A stretch of 64,000 nucleotides of DNA, taken from an uncultured Nitrospiraceae bacterium. GTDB taxonomy: Bacteria; Nitrospirota; Nitrospiria; Nitrospirales; Nitrospiraceae. The stretch lies in contig CAVPLT010000001.1 in NCBI GenBank assembly GCA_963706325.1, positions 160,001 through 224,000 on the forward strand, in the 5' to 3' direction. Shown one piece after another: positions 39,292 to 49,434 of the stretch (position 1 is its first letter; each line of letters opens with the position of its first letter). The position numbers were made by a program, and so were the translations under genes. A model generated the notes under the pieces. The model saw only the letters and a program-made list of their open reading frames with translations, did no database searches and was not told where the DNA came from.

Positions 39292-39888
39292 GTGATGGTC
39301 GCGGCCTGGACCATGCCAGGTGAAGACGTGAACGAGGCCAATGGGGAGCCGCTTTACATCAGACATAAGGCGGACACCATCAAACTTCAGTTTTACAAAG
39401 CAGGGAACGGTGGCTCTCCCTTCGGCAGTATTATCGCGAGCCTTTTCTTGCTGACTTTTTGTGTCCTGCCGATATCGGGCTGCTCATACGGACGGTCTGG
39501 ATTGTCGGAACTTCGCAAGGAATCACAAACGCTTTCACAACAATCTGGAAATCGTGCGCTGTCGGCAGAAGGACGCTTACGAATCGCCCACGAACTTTTT
39601 GAACATAGACGGGCCTACGAAACCATTATCCACCATCCGTCTGCTTCGGTAAACGATCAGCATGAGGCTCGGACCCTCCAAAGGTCCGATGCCGATACAG
39701 CTGGGGCGGCCATGCAGGCGATCGCGGAAGAGCATTTGATCAATGGGGAAACGGACAAGGCACGTGCCATCTATTATTCCATCCTGACTCAGTTCGCGGA
39801 CGAGGAGTATGCCTCAACCCGAAACGGTGCGGAACGTCAGTTACAAGAACTCGATGACAAAGAGAAGCGTAAAAAAGCCCTCCGGTGA
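39292..39888 (+). CDS. Putative helical (TPR-like) lipoprotein, start uncertain
   Basis: Hydrophobic stretch ending ISGC; C-terminal 'KARAIYYSILTQF'. Confidence 0.55.
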   Translation: MMVAAWTMPGEDVNEANGEPLYIRHKADTIKLQFYKAGNGGSPFGSIIASLFLLTFCVLPISGCSYGRSGLSELRKESQTLSQQSGNRALSAEGRLRIAHELFEHRRAYETIIHHPSASVNDQHEARTLQRSDADTAGAAMQAIAEEHLINGETDKARAIYYSILTQFADEEYASTRNGAERQLQELDDKEKRKKALR

Positions 39889-40720
39889 CGTCCGGCCAGT
39901 TTCATAAAGACCTTGCCATCTTACAAATGTATGCCGAAACAAGGGGTGCGCACTTCATTCCGGTCTCCCACCTCGAAGAGCCTATCGCGTCTATAGAAGC
40001 CATTTCTCGCCTGGCAACGGGGGCCTCCCATTTTCAGCTGTACCCACCTAGCGCGGCATGAACAGTGAGGTGTTTAGCAGCTGCGCAAGCTATATAAGGC
40101 TGAGTATGTACTCGGCTTCAAAACGGAGGACCAGGGCAGTGACCCCAACGCCTCCATCGGACTAGTACACTGCCTGAGAGGTACCTTGCTCGCGCCAAGG
40201 CTGGTTCGAGATGAGAATATGACTCCGTGCGCATCCCCACTCCAGGCAAATAGAAGACCTCTTGCTGCCAGCGAGTATGAGCCGCGTAGCGTTGCCCTGA
40301 TCTTGACCCCGTTCCACCAGCGACGCCATACGCCGCCTTCCTTTATGATTATCACGTTTAATTTGTTCTGACGGCATGCCTGCACTCGCACATCGTCGGT
40401 GCTGAGCTGCAATCGTCGTCCAAACAATTTTCCTGCCCCAAAAAAATATATACAGCATCTGGAAAGTAAACATTCCCGAGACCCAAAAGCGTGCCTATAC
40501 TGACCTCGAAGACTGACACGTGCACCCTGTTCCAGTCTTTAAATGAGAGACCTGAACATTTGTTTTCTTTCTCGCTTAAAGAAACTTGTACTGATCATGC
40601 CCATCAGTCTGACGAACAGCATGGACGGACTTGTTGGATAGAGATGGCTATCTTCTTTTCACTCGCCTCCATCCAACGTTTTCTTTTAAAACGACACGCT
40701 TATTAGGCGAGGATTAATTT

Positions 40721-40921
40721 ATGAGTTGTTCCCGCTGCGGAGGGTGTCTCGCGATTGAGGCTTCAACCGATTTCTACAATAAAAAAGGACAATGGAGGTG
40801 TATTAACTGCGGGGCTCACAACCCCTTTCTTTCATCGGCTTCCGGTGAATTTGCACAAGAATCGCGGCGAACGATGTCCCCCGCAGTGGCTCAAAAAATG
40901 CCGCTCACGCATCCTTCTTAG
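40721..40921 (+). CDS. Small Zn-ribbon protein
   Basis: CSRCGG...WRCINCG; RBS GAGGA. Confidence 0.65.
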   Translation: MSCSRCGGCLAIEASTDFYNKKGQWRCINCGAHNPFLSSASGEFAQESRRTMSPAVAQKMPLTHPS

Positions 40922-41322
40922 CTGAGGGCTGAGGGAGGTGTTTGCAATGATCGACAACGGCAGGCTGTGCTTTCCCGTGCAGCGGAATCACCAATCCTAA
41001 CCGACTCATTACCGCGATGTTTAAAAACATCCGTGTCCAGAAATGCTTAGTCCGCACGATGAGAACCGATCTGCCTGTCATTGTCAGCCTGGTCGTATCC
41101 GTCCTCATGCTGCTTCTCGCGCTTCTCAAAGCCAGCCTGCGCTGAGATCGCCTGGCAATTCAGAAGCTGAGTCGTCACAATTTATCTAAATGGATGCATG
41201 CCTTATCTGATTAGATACACCGGGCTTATATTCAAGGCCACCATCGGCCCGACTCGAGTAGCTATAACCTCATTTCCCCACAGGCAAACAGCCTGCGCGA
41301 CCCTCAGTTTGTCGAATGCATT

Positions 41323-41339
41323 TTGGTACGCGAGTTGCT
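41323..41339 (+). promoter_or_regulatory. Putative sigma54 promoter
   Basis: TTGGTACGCGAGTTGCT: GG-N10-GC spacing. Confidence 0.6.
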
Positions 41340-41406
41340 GTTGTATATGGGCATGCTGTCAGTAACTGAACCAGTACCGTTCCATCAGATATAAGGAGGG
41401 GACATC

Positions 41407-41484
41407 ATGTTTTTGACAATCGCGATAGTGGGAACCTATGTAGCAGGGATTTATCTTATTCGTCTGGTGTGGTGGCAGGAGTAA
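41407..41484 (+). CDS. 25-aa single-TM small protein
   Basis: MFLTIAIVGTYVAGIYLIRLVWWQE; RBS AAGGAGG; downstream of the sigma54 motif. Confidence 0.55.
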   Translation: MFLTIAIVGTYVAGIYLIRLVWWQE

Positions 41485-41706
41485 TGTCCCATTGGCTGAC
41501 ATTGCCTAGCAACATAGAGAGGCGTCGTGATTGCTCGCGTGGATTGTGGTCCGGGAGCTTGCGCACTCCGTCGTCCCGCTGACCCTCTATTATCAGGATC
41601 GATGGCATGACCCAAAGAATGAGACCTAAACGAAGGATGCCCAGAAACGAACGAATTCCTTTCCCCATTGATGCTGACGACAGATAGGCAGACTGGGCAT
41701 ACCCTC

Positions 41707-41904
41707 ATGACTTCGTTTCCCTCACATCATCAATTGACAGTCATAGCCGGCGGCCCGCCAGCCCAGGCCTGTCTTGCCTGTGCGGGAACTGTCCGTCGGT
41801 CTGAACGGCGATGGTGGCGAGATTTCTTTTGGCATTTCTTGGGCCGTTACCCCTGGCGATGCCGCAACTGCGGCCATCGGTTCCATACCGCCGCGCGTCA
41901 ATAA
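41707..41904 (+). CDS. Small Zn-ribbon protein
   Basis: CLAC...VRRS...YPWRCRNCGHRF. Confidence 0.55.
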   Translation: MTSFPSHHQLTVIAGGPPAQACLACAGTVRRSERRWWRDFFWHFLGRYPWRCRNCGHRFHTAARQ

Positions 41905-42009
41905 TAGAACCACACGAAACTTTAAGCCCGAATGATCTCGCACCACGCGAAGCTGTGCCCCCTCCAAGGCGGGATTTTGTAGGCAGGATCGCTGTACTAC
42001 ACTCCCTCT

Positions 42010-42387
42010 ATGCAACCGAACCTTCCAGAAACAATCAAGCTCCCGACTCCCCCTGCTATCACTGAAGCCACTTTCACATTTCAACGTATGCGGGACCGAC
42101 TAGGTGTTGTCTGCCCAGTCATGTTTGCCAGTCCTCAGTTTATCGGTGAAGGGGTTCTCCACAACTTGTCACGGACAGGGTGCAGAGTTGAGTGCGACCG
42201 ATCCATACGACAAGGCAGTTACATAACCATCCGCCTGCTGCTGCCTAGCTCTATTCACTCACTCAGGATTGAGGTCGCCGCGGTGCGTTGGGCTCAGGAG
42301 AAATACTGGGGCATAGAATTCCTGCGCCTGCCCCTCCACGAACAAGCTCGCCTTCAGCAATTCCTGTCGTATCACCAGTGCGGATAA
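42010..42387 (+). CDS. PilZ-domain protein
   Basis: RxxxR (RMRDR), NLSRTGC, AAVRW, GIEF. Confidence 0.82.
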   Translation: MQPNLPETIKLPTPPAITEATFTFQRMRDRLGVVCPVMFASPQFIGEGVLHNLSRTGCRVECDRSIRQGSYITIRLLLPSSIHSLRIEVAAVRWAQEKYWGIEFLRLPLHEQARLQQFLSYHQCG

Positions 42388-42686
42388 GCGTCACGAAGCC
42401 AGCCTGTGGGAGCTGATGCGCTGAACAGATAGATGTCGATGGGGATGACCCTGAATGATGTCAGTCTGACGTGCGGACGTTGAAGACATGCCGACCTCGC
42501 CATTGGACAATCGTCGTGCGAACGACAAGCCGCCAATTATCGCCACCTACGGAATAAGCTGGTAATTCAGTCCTTGAGGTGACTGTATTGGGTACAGCTT
42601 GAATGTCTGCTTTGAAACAATGCGCCTATCAGCTACAGCCAGGAATGCCGTTTATCTGACTCCTGCTGTAACTGTCGCCTCATACA

Positions 42687-43133
42687 TCATCGCCCACCGA
42701 ATGACCGCACATACATGAGCACTTGCCACGCCTCTTCTTCTGTCAAGACCAAAGGAATGAATGGAGCCATATCTGTTCCCGGACTCCCATTTTTCAAAAT
42801 CCAAAATAGTTCTCCATCCGTCCGCGCCTGTTGCCACATCTTGTCAGTAAAATTCCGTGGTAACGGACCCTTGAAGGTAGAATAGTCCAGATCCATCCCC
42901 AATCCCTTCCCTTCCGATCCGTGACAGGCACGACAGAATGCCTTTCCTTCAAAAAGTGCCTTTCCCCTGTTAAGCATCTCCGGGGTAGTTGGCAATGGAT
43001 TTATCACCGCACGCGCCGATTCGATCTGGTCACTAGGAACGCGCGGGCGCAAGACTTCTGAATCCGCCCCCTGAGCCACCGTCACTACCCCCATCAACGC
43101 GCCCACGACAAGCCCCAATCGCCCACAGCCCAT
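42687..43133 (-). CDS. Periplasmic mono-heme cytochrome c
   Basis: Signal peptide, CRACH, PRNF, GELFW, M ligand in GTDMAPF. Confidence 0.9.
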   Translation of the reverse strand: MGCGRLGLVVGALMGVVTVAQGADSEVLRPRVPSDQIESARAVINPLPTTPEMLNRGKALFEGKAFCRACHGSEGKGLGMDLDYSTFKGPLPRNFTDKMWQQARTDGELFWILKNGSPGTDMAPFIPLVLTEEEAWQVLMYVRSFGGR

Positions 43134-43213
43134 CAGGTCCCTCCGCGTCCACGTTTAGCGGCGGGAGAGACGCGCGTGCGTCCCTCCCACCCAAGCCAAC
43201 TACAACAATGGCG

Positions 43214-43765
43214 TCACTCCGTCCGATGTTTGTGGCCAACCGACTGCGGATGCCCCACCTCGCCATTCGGCGCTTTTGCTCCATTCGGCCAGAGATGAAA
43301 GATGATACCGTCTGTCTTGGCCGCAATGGCAGCGACCTCCTTGGCCTGCGTTTCCGGCATATCCAAAATCTGGACACGCCCCGTGGCAATCTCGACCTCA
43401 TGATCATGGTAGTACTTATTCCAGGTCTCCAACGGAACGTGCGCCCGCGAGACGGACTTCGCCACAAAATACTCGATGTCCGTCAAAAGCGCGTTGGCAT
43501 CGGTTGATTCAAATAACAAACACTGCAGCACTTCCGGGGAGATCGGTTTGCAGTAGTGATGGTACGGACCGTGCACCGATCCGTCCTCAAATTTATGCGG
43601 CGCCATGACGTGAATCGTATACCCTTGCGCCGGTGTCGGCATGGCTTTCGCGGCAGCGACCGTCGCCGCTGGCGGAGAGGACTTCATTTCGCGAGAGGTT
43701 TCAGCACAGCCTGCTACCGCCAATGCCGCCGCACAGAGTCCGATGACTGCAATCGCACTTCGCAT
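43214..43765 (-). CDS. DUF1264/OBAP-like lipoprotein
   Basis: Lipobox VAGC; HHYCK, QCLLFES, IEYFV, YHDH, FHLWP. Confidence 0.8.
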   Translation of the reverse strand: MRSAIAVIGLCAAALAVAGCAETSREMKSSPPAATVAAAKAMPTPAQGYTIHVMAPHKFEDGSVHGPYHHYCKPISPEVLQCLLFESTDANALLTDIEYFVAKSVSRAHVPLETWNKYYHDHEVEIATGRVQILDMPETQAKEVAAIAAKTDGIIFHLWPNGAKAPNGEVGHPQSVGHKHRTE

Positions 43766-43817
43766 AGTGGCCTCCTTAAAATTAGGATCTGGTGTTCACC
43801 ATTGTCGCCTGACAACC

Positions 43818-44324
43818 TTATTCCGTTCGCAGCTTATGGCCCACGGATTGCGGATGTCCGACCGAGCCATCGGGAGCTTTGGCACCCTTCGGCCACAGAT
43901 GGAAAATGATGCCATCTGTCTTGGCCGCAGTGGCTGCGACTTCTTTGGCCTGGGCGTCAGGCATATCCAGCACTTGAACGCGACCCGTGGCAATTTCCAC
44001 CTCGTGATCATGATAGAACTTGTTCCACACATTGAGTGGCACGGCGGATCGAGATAGGGATTTCGCCACAAAATATTCAACATCTGTCAGTACGGCGTTG
44101 GGCTCAGTCGATTCAAACAACAAGCATTGCAAGACTTCCGGATTAATGGCTTTGCAATAGTGGTGGAAGGGGCCTGCCACAGACCCGTCCTCCATTTTGT
44201 GAGGCGCCATGACGTGGATGTCAAACCCATCGGCCGGTCCGGGCTTCATTTCGCCTGCATATGCAACGCCGCCCAAAACGACGGCGAGCGTGCTTGCACT
44301 AAGCACACAAAGATTCCTGAACAT
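43818..44324 (-). CDS. DUF1264/OBAP-like exported protein (paralog)
   Basis: Sec signal ending AYA; same motifs; RBS AGGAGG. Confidence 0.8.
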   Translation of the reverse strand: MFRNLCVLSASTLAVVLGGVAYAGEMKPGPADGFDIHVMAPHKMEDGSVAGPFHHYCKAINPEVLQCLLFESTEPNAVLTDVEYFVAKSLSRSAVPLNVWNKFYHDHEVEIATGRVQVLDMPDAQAKEVAATAAKTDGIIFHLWPKGAKAPDGSVGHPQSVGHKLRTE

Positions 44325-44439
44325 GTTGAGCCTCCTATGGTTAAAGCAGGAATTGGACACACCCATATTTCGCAAGGTCAAACCTACACTGTCAGCTCTC
44401 AGCCAGTGAGAGCCGCTGATGATTGAAAAGGATTCGTGA

Positions 44440-44875
44440 TTATTTCGATAATTTCGGCATGCTAAACGGTAGCAGTTGGCCCGTCAAAGCCCTCAACTGC
44501 CATGACATCAGTTTTCTCCTGAGCCGTCAAGTTTAAGGGCTTGACGAGGTGACTCAGAATGGAAGAATTCCCCCCTCCTGTTCGAAGAGAGCTCAACCAC
44601 TTCCCTCAGCGTTTTAAAAACACCTCGTGCATGCATGGAGCCCTTTCCGCGAGGCTCCGAGGAGTCGCGATTGAAACGGGGCTCCTTCCTTGCTCTGCCC
44701 AGCTGACTGCGAAGGACCAAGTTCTTCCTTCATCGGCCCAGCTGAGGGACACCGAGACTGTGGAACGATTGTCGGTGAGGTTGCCCCGTCGTGACAAGAG
44801 ATGCAGCGGGCCTACCCTCTAGAACGTGCCAGCCCTCGAACTGCCGACTCGCAAACAGCCTTTTGATCGCATAGA
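44440..44875 (-). pseudogene. Degraded C-terminal half of a di-heme cytochrome c peroxidase (CcpA/MauG family)
   Basis: Fragments across frames: ESAVRGLA, ARCISCHDG, NLTDN, FHSLGVPQLG, APCMH, GVFKTLREVVE, LVKPLNLTAQEKTDV, RALTG, MPKLSK*. Confidence 0.75.
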
Positions 44876-45102
44876 CCAAATTTGCCAAACGCCCATGAGC
44901 CAGCGTGACGGCAAAACAACAAGCACCATAGATATAACCTGTTTGAAACATGTCGTAACTAGGCAGTCGGAAGCGGGCACCTGATGGCGACATTCTAGGC
45001 AGGATGGAGCTTTTGGTCGAGGCTTCGTTTTATGGCAGGAAGGCCCATGGGCAACAAAACACGTCAGGTTGAGATGGACGAGCTACTGAGAGCGGTAATA
45101 AC

Positions 45103-45702
45103 TCAAGGTTTATGCAGGGTGGAACGCATGAGACTGTTCGCGTGCGGGGGGAGAAATCCCTGATAGCCTTGATGCCGTTCAGCTAGTTCAAGCACCGAAA
45201 AAGGCTGACCATCGATCATTTCAGGCGCTGTAAAAATCTGCCGCAATATCCCTCCAGGTGCGCCGACAATCTCTCCTGCAAACACTATTCCTTTCGCCTT
45301 CAACGTGAGAATGGCTTTTTCAATATCTTCCACTCGCACCGCCACGTGGTGAAGCACCTGATCGCCGAACTTCCCTACCCATCGCGGGATGATGCTGGTC
45401 TTGCCACGGTCGTCCGGGTAGGCCTGATCCACAAATAGAGCCGGATACCCAACGAGCCGGTAGACCTTGGCAAACCAATCTTCGTACTGTAGCGTCTCGT
45501 CATATCCATAACCCAAAGCCACAAACTCTCTCACCCGCTGATCAATATCCATTGTGCGAATAGTAAGATGGTCCATCACGGGCACAAATCCCACCCCCGC
45601 TTCATCCAGCGCGCGGCGAAGCACCCGCGCCGCGTTGTTGTGCTCTAGAAAGTCGGTGGTCATTCGAGTAATCACGGTCTCAAGATCCGTGCTTTGCCCC
45701 AT
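45103..45702 (-). CDS. VOC-fold protein, DUF1338/HglS- or HPPD-like
   Basis: [29 protein letters not shown]...[17 protein letters not shown]. Confidence 0.7.
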   Translation of the reverse strand: MGQSTDLETVITRMTTDFLEHNNAARVLRRALDEAGVGFVPVMDHLTIRTMDIDQRVREFVALGYGYDETLQYEDWFAKVYRLVGYPALFVDQAYPDDRGKTSIIPRWVGKFGDQVLHHVAVRVEDIEKAILTLKAKGIVFAGEIVGAPGGILRQIFTAPEMIDGQPFSVLELAERHQGYQGFLPPHANSLMRSTLHKP

Positions 45703-47242
45703 CGTGGTCTCCTTCAGCCTGCTCAAATGTCACCCCTTGCGCCAATGGCAACTCCGTTCCCCAATTGATCGTCGTGGTTTGGCGACGCATGTACACCTTC
45801 CAGGCATCGGACCCCGCTTCGCGCCCCCCACCCGTGGTCTTCTCTCCACCGAACGCGCCGCCGATTTCTGCGCCGGAGGTGCCGATATTGATATTGGCAA
45901 TGCCGCAGTCGCTCCCCGTCGCAGACAGGAACTGCTCACTATGCTGAAGGTGCATGGTAAACAGCGAAGACGACAGACCCTGCGGCACGGCGTTTTGCAT
46001 CCGGATCGCTTCCTCCAGCGTTCGATAGGTGATCACATAGAGGATCGGTGCAAACGTTTCCCGCTGAACGACATCCCAGTGATTCTCTGCCCGCACGATC
46101 GTCGGCTCAACGAAATGCCCCGGGCGAGGAAGAACATGGCCTCCGCATAGGACTTCTCCACCCTGCTGTTTGAGCTCTTCGAGAGCCGCTCGATATCCTT
46201 CAACGGCTGCTCCGTCAATGAGCGGTCCCATCAACACACCAGGCTCAAGAGGATCACCAATTGAAACCTGCGAATAAGCATCTAGAAGCCGCGGTATCAG
46301 CTTCGCATACTGTGACTCATGCACGATGAGCCGCCGAGTGCTGGTACAACGCTGCCCTGCCGTGCCGACTGCGCCGAAGACAATCGCTCTGGTCGCCAAT
46401 TCGAGGTCGGCGGTTTCGTCCACGATTACCGCATTGTTCCCGCTCAACTCAAGAAGGCTTCTCCCCAGACGATGCCCGACCACTTCGGCCACATGCCTCC
46501 CTACCGATACCGATCCCGTAAACGAGATCAGCGGGAGCCGTTCGTCCCGCACCATGCGCTCAGCCACCTCGATGTTATCCGTCGTAAACGACGCGAACAC
46601 ACCCGGAAACCCAGCGACATCAAGCACGCGATTGCAGAGCTGTTGGACCGCCAGCGCACAGAGTGGCGCTTTCGGGGAGGGCTTCCATAGCACCGTGTTG
46701 CCGGCCACGGCTGCAATAAAGGCATTCCAAGCCCAGACCGCCACGGGAAAGTTGAACGCGGTGATGACGCCGACAACGCCCAATGGATGCCATTGCTCGT
46801 ACATCCGATGCCGCGGGCGTTCCGAATGCATGGTCTGCCCATACAACATGCGGGACAACCCCACGGCAAAGTCCGCCATGTCGATCATTTCTTGCACTTC
46901 CCCGTCGCCTTCAGCCTTAATCTTGCCGACTTCCAGCGAAACCAGCGTGCCTAACGCGTCCTTGTTGTCCCGTAGCGCCTGTCCGATCAGACGAATGATC
47001 TCGCCTCGCTTGGGAGCCGGCACCATGCGCCATGAGGCCTGTACCTCCTGAGCGCGGGCCACCAATTCATCGTAGTCCGAGTCCGAGCAGCCGTAGATGC
47101 GCGCCAACAGCTCCTCTGTAGCGGGATTACGTGACTCCATCACCCCCGCGTGCGCAGTCCCAATCCAGCCGGGGAAGGAAAGACAGCCACCGGACTGTTC
47201 CTGTGCAAGCCCTAACTTCTTGAAAACGTCCTGTTGCGTCAT
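45680..47242 (-). CDS. amaB: Aldehyde dehydrogenase family 7 (alpha-aminoadipate semialdehyde/P6C dehydrogenase)
   Basis: [51 protein letters not shown]. Confidence 0.88.
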   Translation of the reverse strand: MTQQDVFKKLGLAQEQSGGCLSFPGWIGTAHAGVMESRNPATEELLARIYGCSDSDYDELVARAQEVQASWRMVPAPKRGEIIRLIGQALRDNKDALGTLVSLEVGKIKAEGDGEVQEMIDMADFAVGLSRMLYGQTMHSERPRHRMYEQWHPLGVVGVITAFNFPVAVWAWNAFIAAVAGNTVLWKPSPKAPLCALAVQQLCNRVLDVAGFPGVFASFTTDNIEVAERMVRDERLPLISFTGSVSVGRHVAEVVGHRLGRSLLELSGNNAVIVDETADLELATRAIVFGAVGTAGQRCTSTRRLIVHESQYAKLIPRLLDAYSQVSIGDPLEPGVLMGPLIDGAAVEGYRAALEELKQQGGEVLCGGHVLPRPGHFVEPTIVRAENHWDVVQRETFAPILYVITYRTLEEAIRMQNAVPQGLSSSLFTMHLQHSEQFLSATGSDCGIANINIGTSGAEIGGAFGGEKTTGGGREAGSDAWKVYMRRQTTTINWGTELPLAQGVTFEQAEGDHDGAKHGS

Positions 47243-47248
47243 GGCGCC

Positions 47249-48340
47249 CTATGATCGAAAACAGTCCCCGAAGCGATTATTCACGATGTCCTGCAATTGA
47301 AATTGTTCCTGTGTCACGAAACCGCGATAGGCGTCGGGATTGGCCGTCACGAGATCAACCACGCAGCAGAGCGACGAGGCCGTCGTGACTTGAATGGCGG
47401 ACCAAAGACGTCCAAGCATCGTCCGCGGATACACTTTCTTTACGTAAGTTTCTTCGAACAATTCTCCCTGCCTGGTTCCCGTCACCGCCGCGTAGATCAA
47501 CACGACATCCTGGCAGGTCTGCGGAATCGCCCGTTCCAGAATACGTTTGAGTGTGTCTCGATCTTCATTGAGCTTGAGATCTTTCATGAGAAACTGAATT
47601 TTTTCGCAATGTCCGGGGTACCGCAGGGTCTTATAGTTCATGGTGCGCACCCGGCCACGATACGTTTCTGCCAAGGTGCCTAACCCGCCGGACGTGTTGA
47701 ACGCTTCGTAAAGAAGACCGTCCAGTTCAATGGTTTCGTATCCCTCCAATGGTTGCAGTTGAGCCTCTTGTCCACTTTCGATTCCGGCACAGACATTTCC
47801 GTACTCGTTGATCAACCCGTCGGTGGACCAGGTGAGGGAATACTTCAACGCATTGCTTGGATGCACCGGTAAGGCACCCACTCGCATTTTCACGCTATCG
47901 ACGGTTTCAAAATGGCCGATCAGTTCGTTCGTCGCGATACTGATGAACCCGGGAGCTAACCCACACTGTGGAATAAACGCCCGATCCGATGCCTCGCTGA
48001 TAGCCCTGACACGATCGGTCACGCCGACGTCTTCGGTCAGGTCGAAGTAATGCATGCGATAGGCTCGCGCAATTTCCGCCACTGTTTGATTGCAGAAGTA
48101 CGGCAGGCTGGAGATGACGGCCTCGAACCGATGGGCTGTGACATATTGTGCGACTACGTCGGGCCGACGCACATCCAACGCACAGGGAGTCACCGTGGAA
48201 AGCGACAGCGCGTCGACCAGCCGTTTGGGAGCGTCCAGGGTCAGATCAGCCAGATGAACCTGATACTGCCCCTTCGCCGAAAGCAGTCCTGCGATGAGAG
48301 ACCCGATTTTTCCAGCTCCAAGCACCAGCACCTGAGGCAT
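47249..48340 (-). CDS. Saccharopine dehydrogenase family / lysine 6-dehydrogenase
   Basis: GAGKIG, HYFDLTED, QCGLAPG, EAFNTSGGLGT, YKTLRYPGH. Confidence 0.88.
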   Translation of the reverse strand: MPQVLVLGAGKIGSLIAGLLSAKGQYQVHLADLTLDAPKRLVDALSLSTVTPCALDVRRPDVVAQYVTAHRFEAVISSLPYFCNQTVAEIARAYRMHYFDLTEDVGVTDRVRAISEASDRAFIPQCGLAPGFISIATNELIGHFETVDSVKMRVGALPVHPSNALKYSLTWSTDGLINEYGNVCAGIESGQEAQLQPLEGYETIELDGLLYEAFNTSGGLGTLAETYRGRVRTMNYKTLRYPGHCEKIQFLMKDLKLNEDRDTLKRILERAIPQTCQDVVLIYAAVTGTRQGELFEETYVKKVYPRTMLGRLWSAIQVTTASSLCCVVDLVTANPDAYRGFVTQEQFQLQDIVNNRFGDCFRS

Positions 48341-48429
48341 CCGTCACCTCAAATCCATTATACTCCTTCACAGGAAAAGAGCCGCGTTTTCTAAGAACCG
48401 GTGAAAAACTGATGTGATAGGACGATCGC

Positions 48430-49188
48430 CTAGGACGAGGCCTGACGAGAACGGGAAGGGGTAATCAGCGCGGATGATGGTGGAGTGGACACAGAAGAGG
48501 CGTGATTGTCCATTGCCTCGAACAAGAGGCAACATTTCAGGCGACCACACACGCCGAGAAGCTTGGGGTCATCGACAGGAAGCCCGAGGATCCGAGCCTG
48601 CTTGACCGTCACAGGCTTGACTTCCGTAAGAAAGCTCGCGCAACACAACACCAAACCACAGGTATCGATGCCTCCCAATCGGCTCGCTTCGTCGCGCGCA
48701 CCGATCTGGCGCATTTCGATCCGTCCACCGAATCGACGCGCCAGCAATCGGACTAACTCTCGAAAGTCGATTCGATCCTCCGCGGTGTACACAAAGGTCA
48801 TTTGGCGACGGTGCAGCGAATAGAAAACCTCCACCAGCTTCATCTTCAACCTAAGCGCCGCCGCCTGTTCACGACAGGCCTTCATTCCTTCAGATGCAAG
48901 CCGTTCATAACGATCAATGGTAGCAACGTCTTCCTTGGTGGCCTTCCGCGAGATCGGTTGAATCACCCGCATGGGCGGGATGAAGGGCGTCAGCTGGGGG
49001 ACCGCATAGACCACCCCGTAACTTAGCTCCCCGGCGACCTCGAGCAGCACCCGATCCCCCGCGGCGAGTATGGCATCCCCGGCGTCGAACTTCTTGACCT
49101 CTCCGAGATCACGGATTTTGACTCCCACGATTCGGACGGCTGAGGGATAGGGCTTGGCAAGCTCTTGAGCGAGTAGGCTATTGATCAT
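48430..49188 (-). CDS. PSP1-domain protein (RicT/YaaT family)
   Basis: RIDFRELV, RIEMRQIGARDE, CG..LCC, GVCGRLKCCL. Confidence 0.9.
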   Translation of the reverse strand: MINSLLAQELAKPYPSAVRIVGVKIRDLGEVKKFDAGDAILAAGDRVLLEVAGELSYGVVYAVPQLTPFIPPMRVIQPISRKATKEDVATIDRYERLASEGMKACREQAAALRLKMKLVEVFYSLHRRQMTFVYTAEDRIDFRELVRLLARRFGGRIEMRQIGARDEASRLGGIDTCGLVLCCASFLTEVKPVTVKQARILGLPVDDPKLLGVCGRLKCCLLFEAMDNHASSVSTPPSSALITPSRSRQASS

Positions 49189-49434
49189 GAGGGCATCCTA
49201 CACCATCCGATCTTTCAATTGGAATCCTCAACGCCCTACCAACCGACCCCGATTCATCATTCATTCTGAATTCGTCAGGAGACATCCATGGGATCAGACG
49301 CCGCCGATGAGAGGCTCTAAGTATACGATTAAAAATGACTTTTTAGCTGGGAAGCGGAAATAGAAAATATGTTAGGCTACTCGGGAGCAGGAAGTGACGG
49401 AGGATCAGTTCATCGATCAGACAGTGAGGGAACG

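Larger units (their letters stand above)
37498..45000. mobile_element. Degenerate genomic island starting at tRNA-Lys (right boundary uncertain)
   Basis: Integrase remnant beside the tRNA 3' end, low coding density, pseudogenes, visibly more AT-rich stretches. Confidence 0.55.

Noticed and set aside
48430..49188. RicT as evidence for sporulation or a RicAFT complex
   Set aside because: PSP1/RicT proteins are widespread outside Firmicutes, and no ricA or ricF is in the window.
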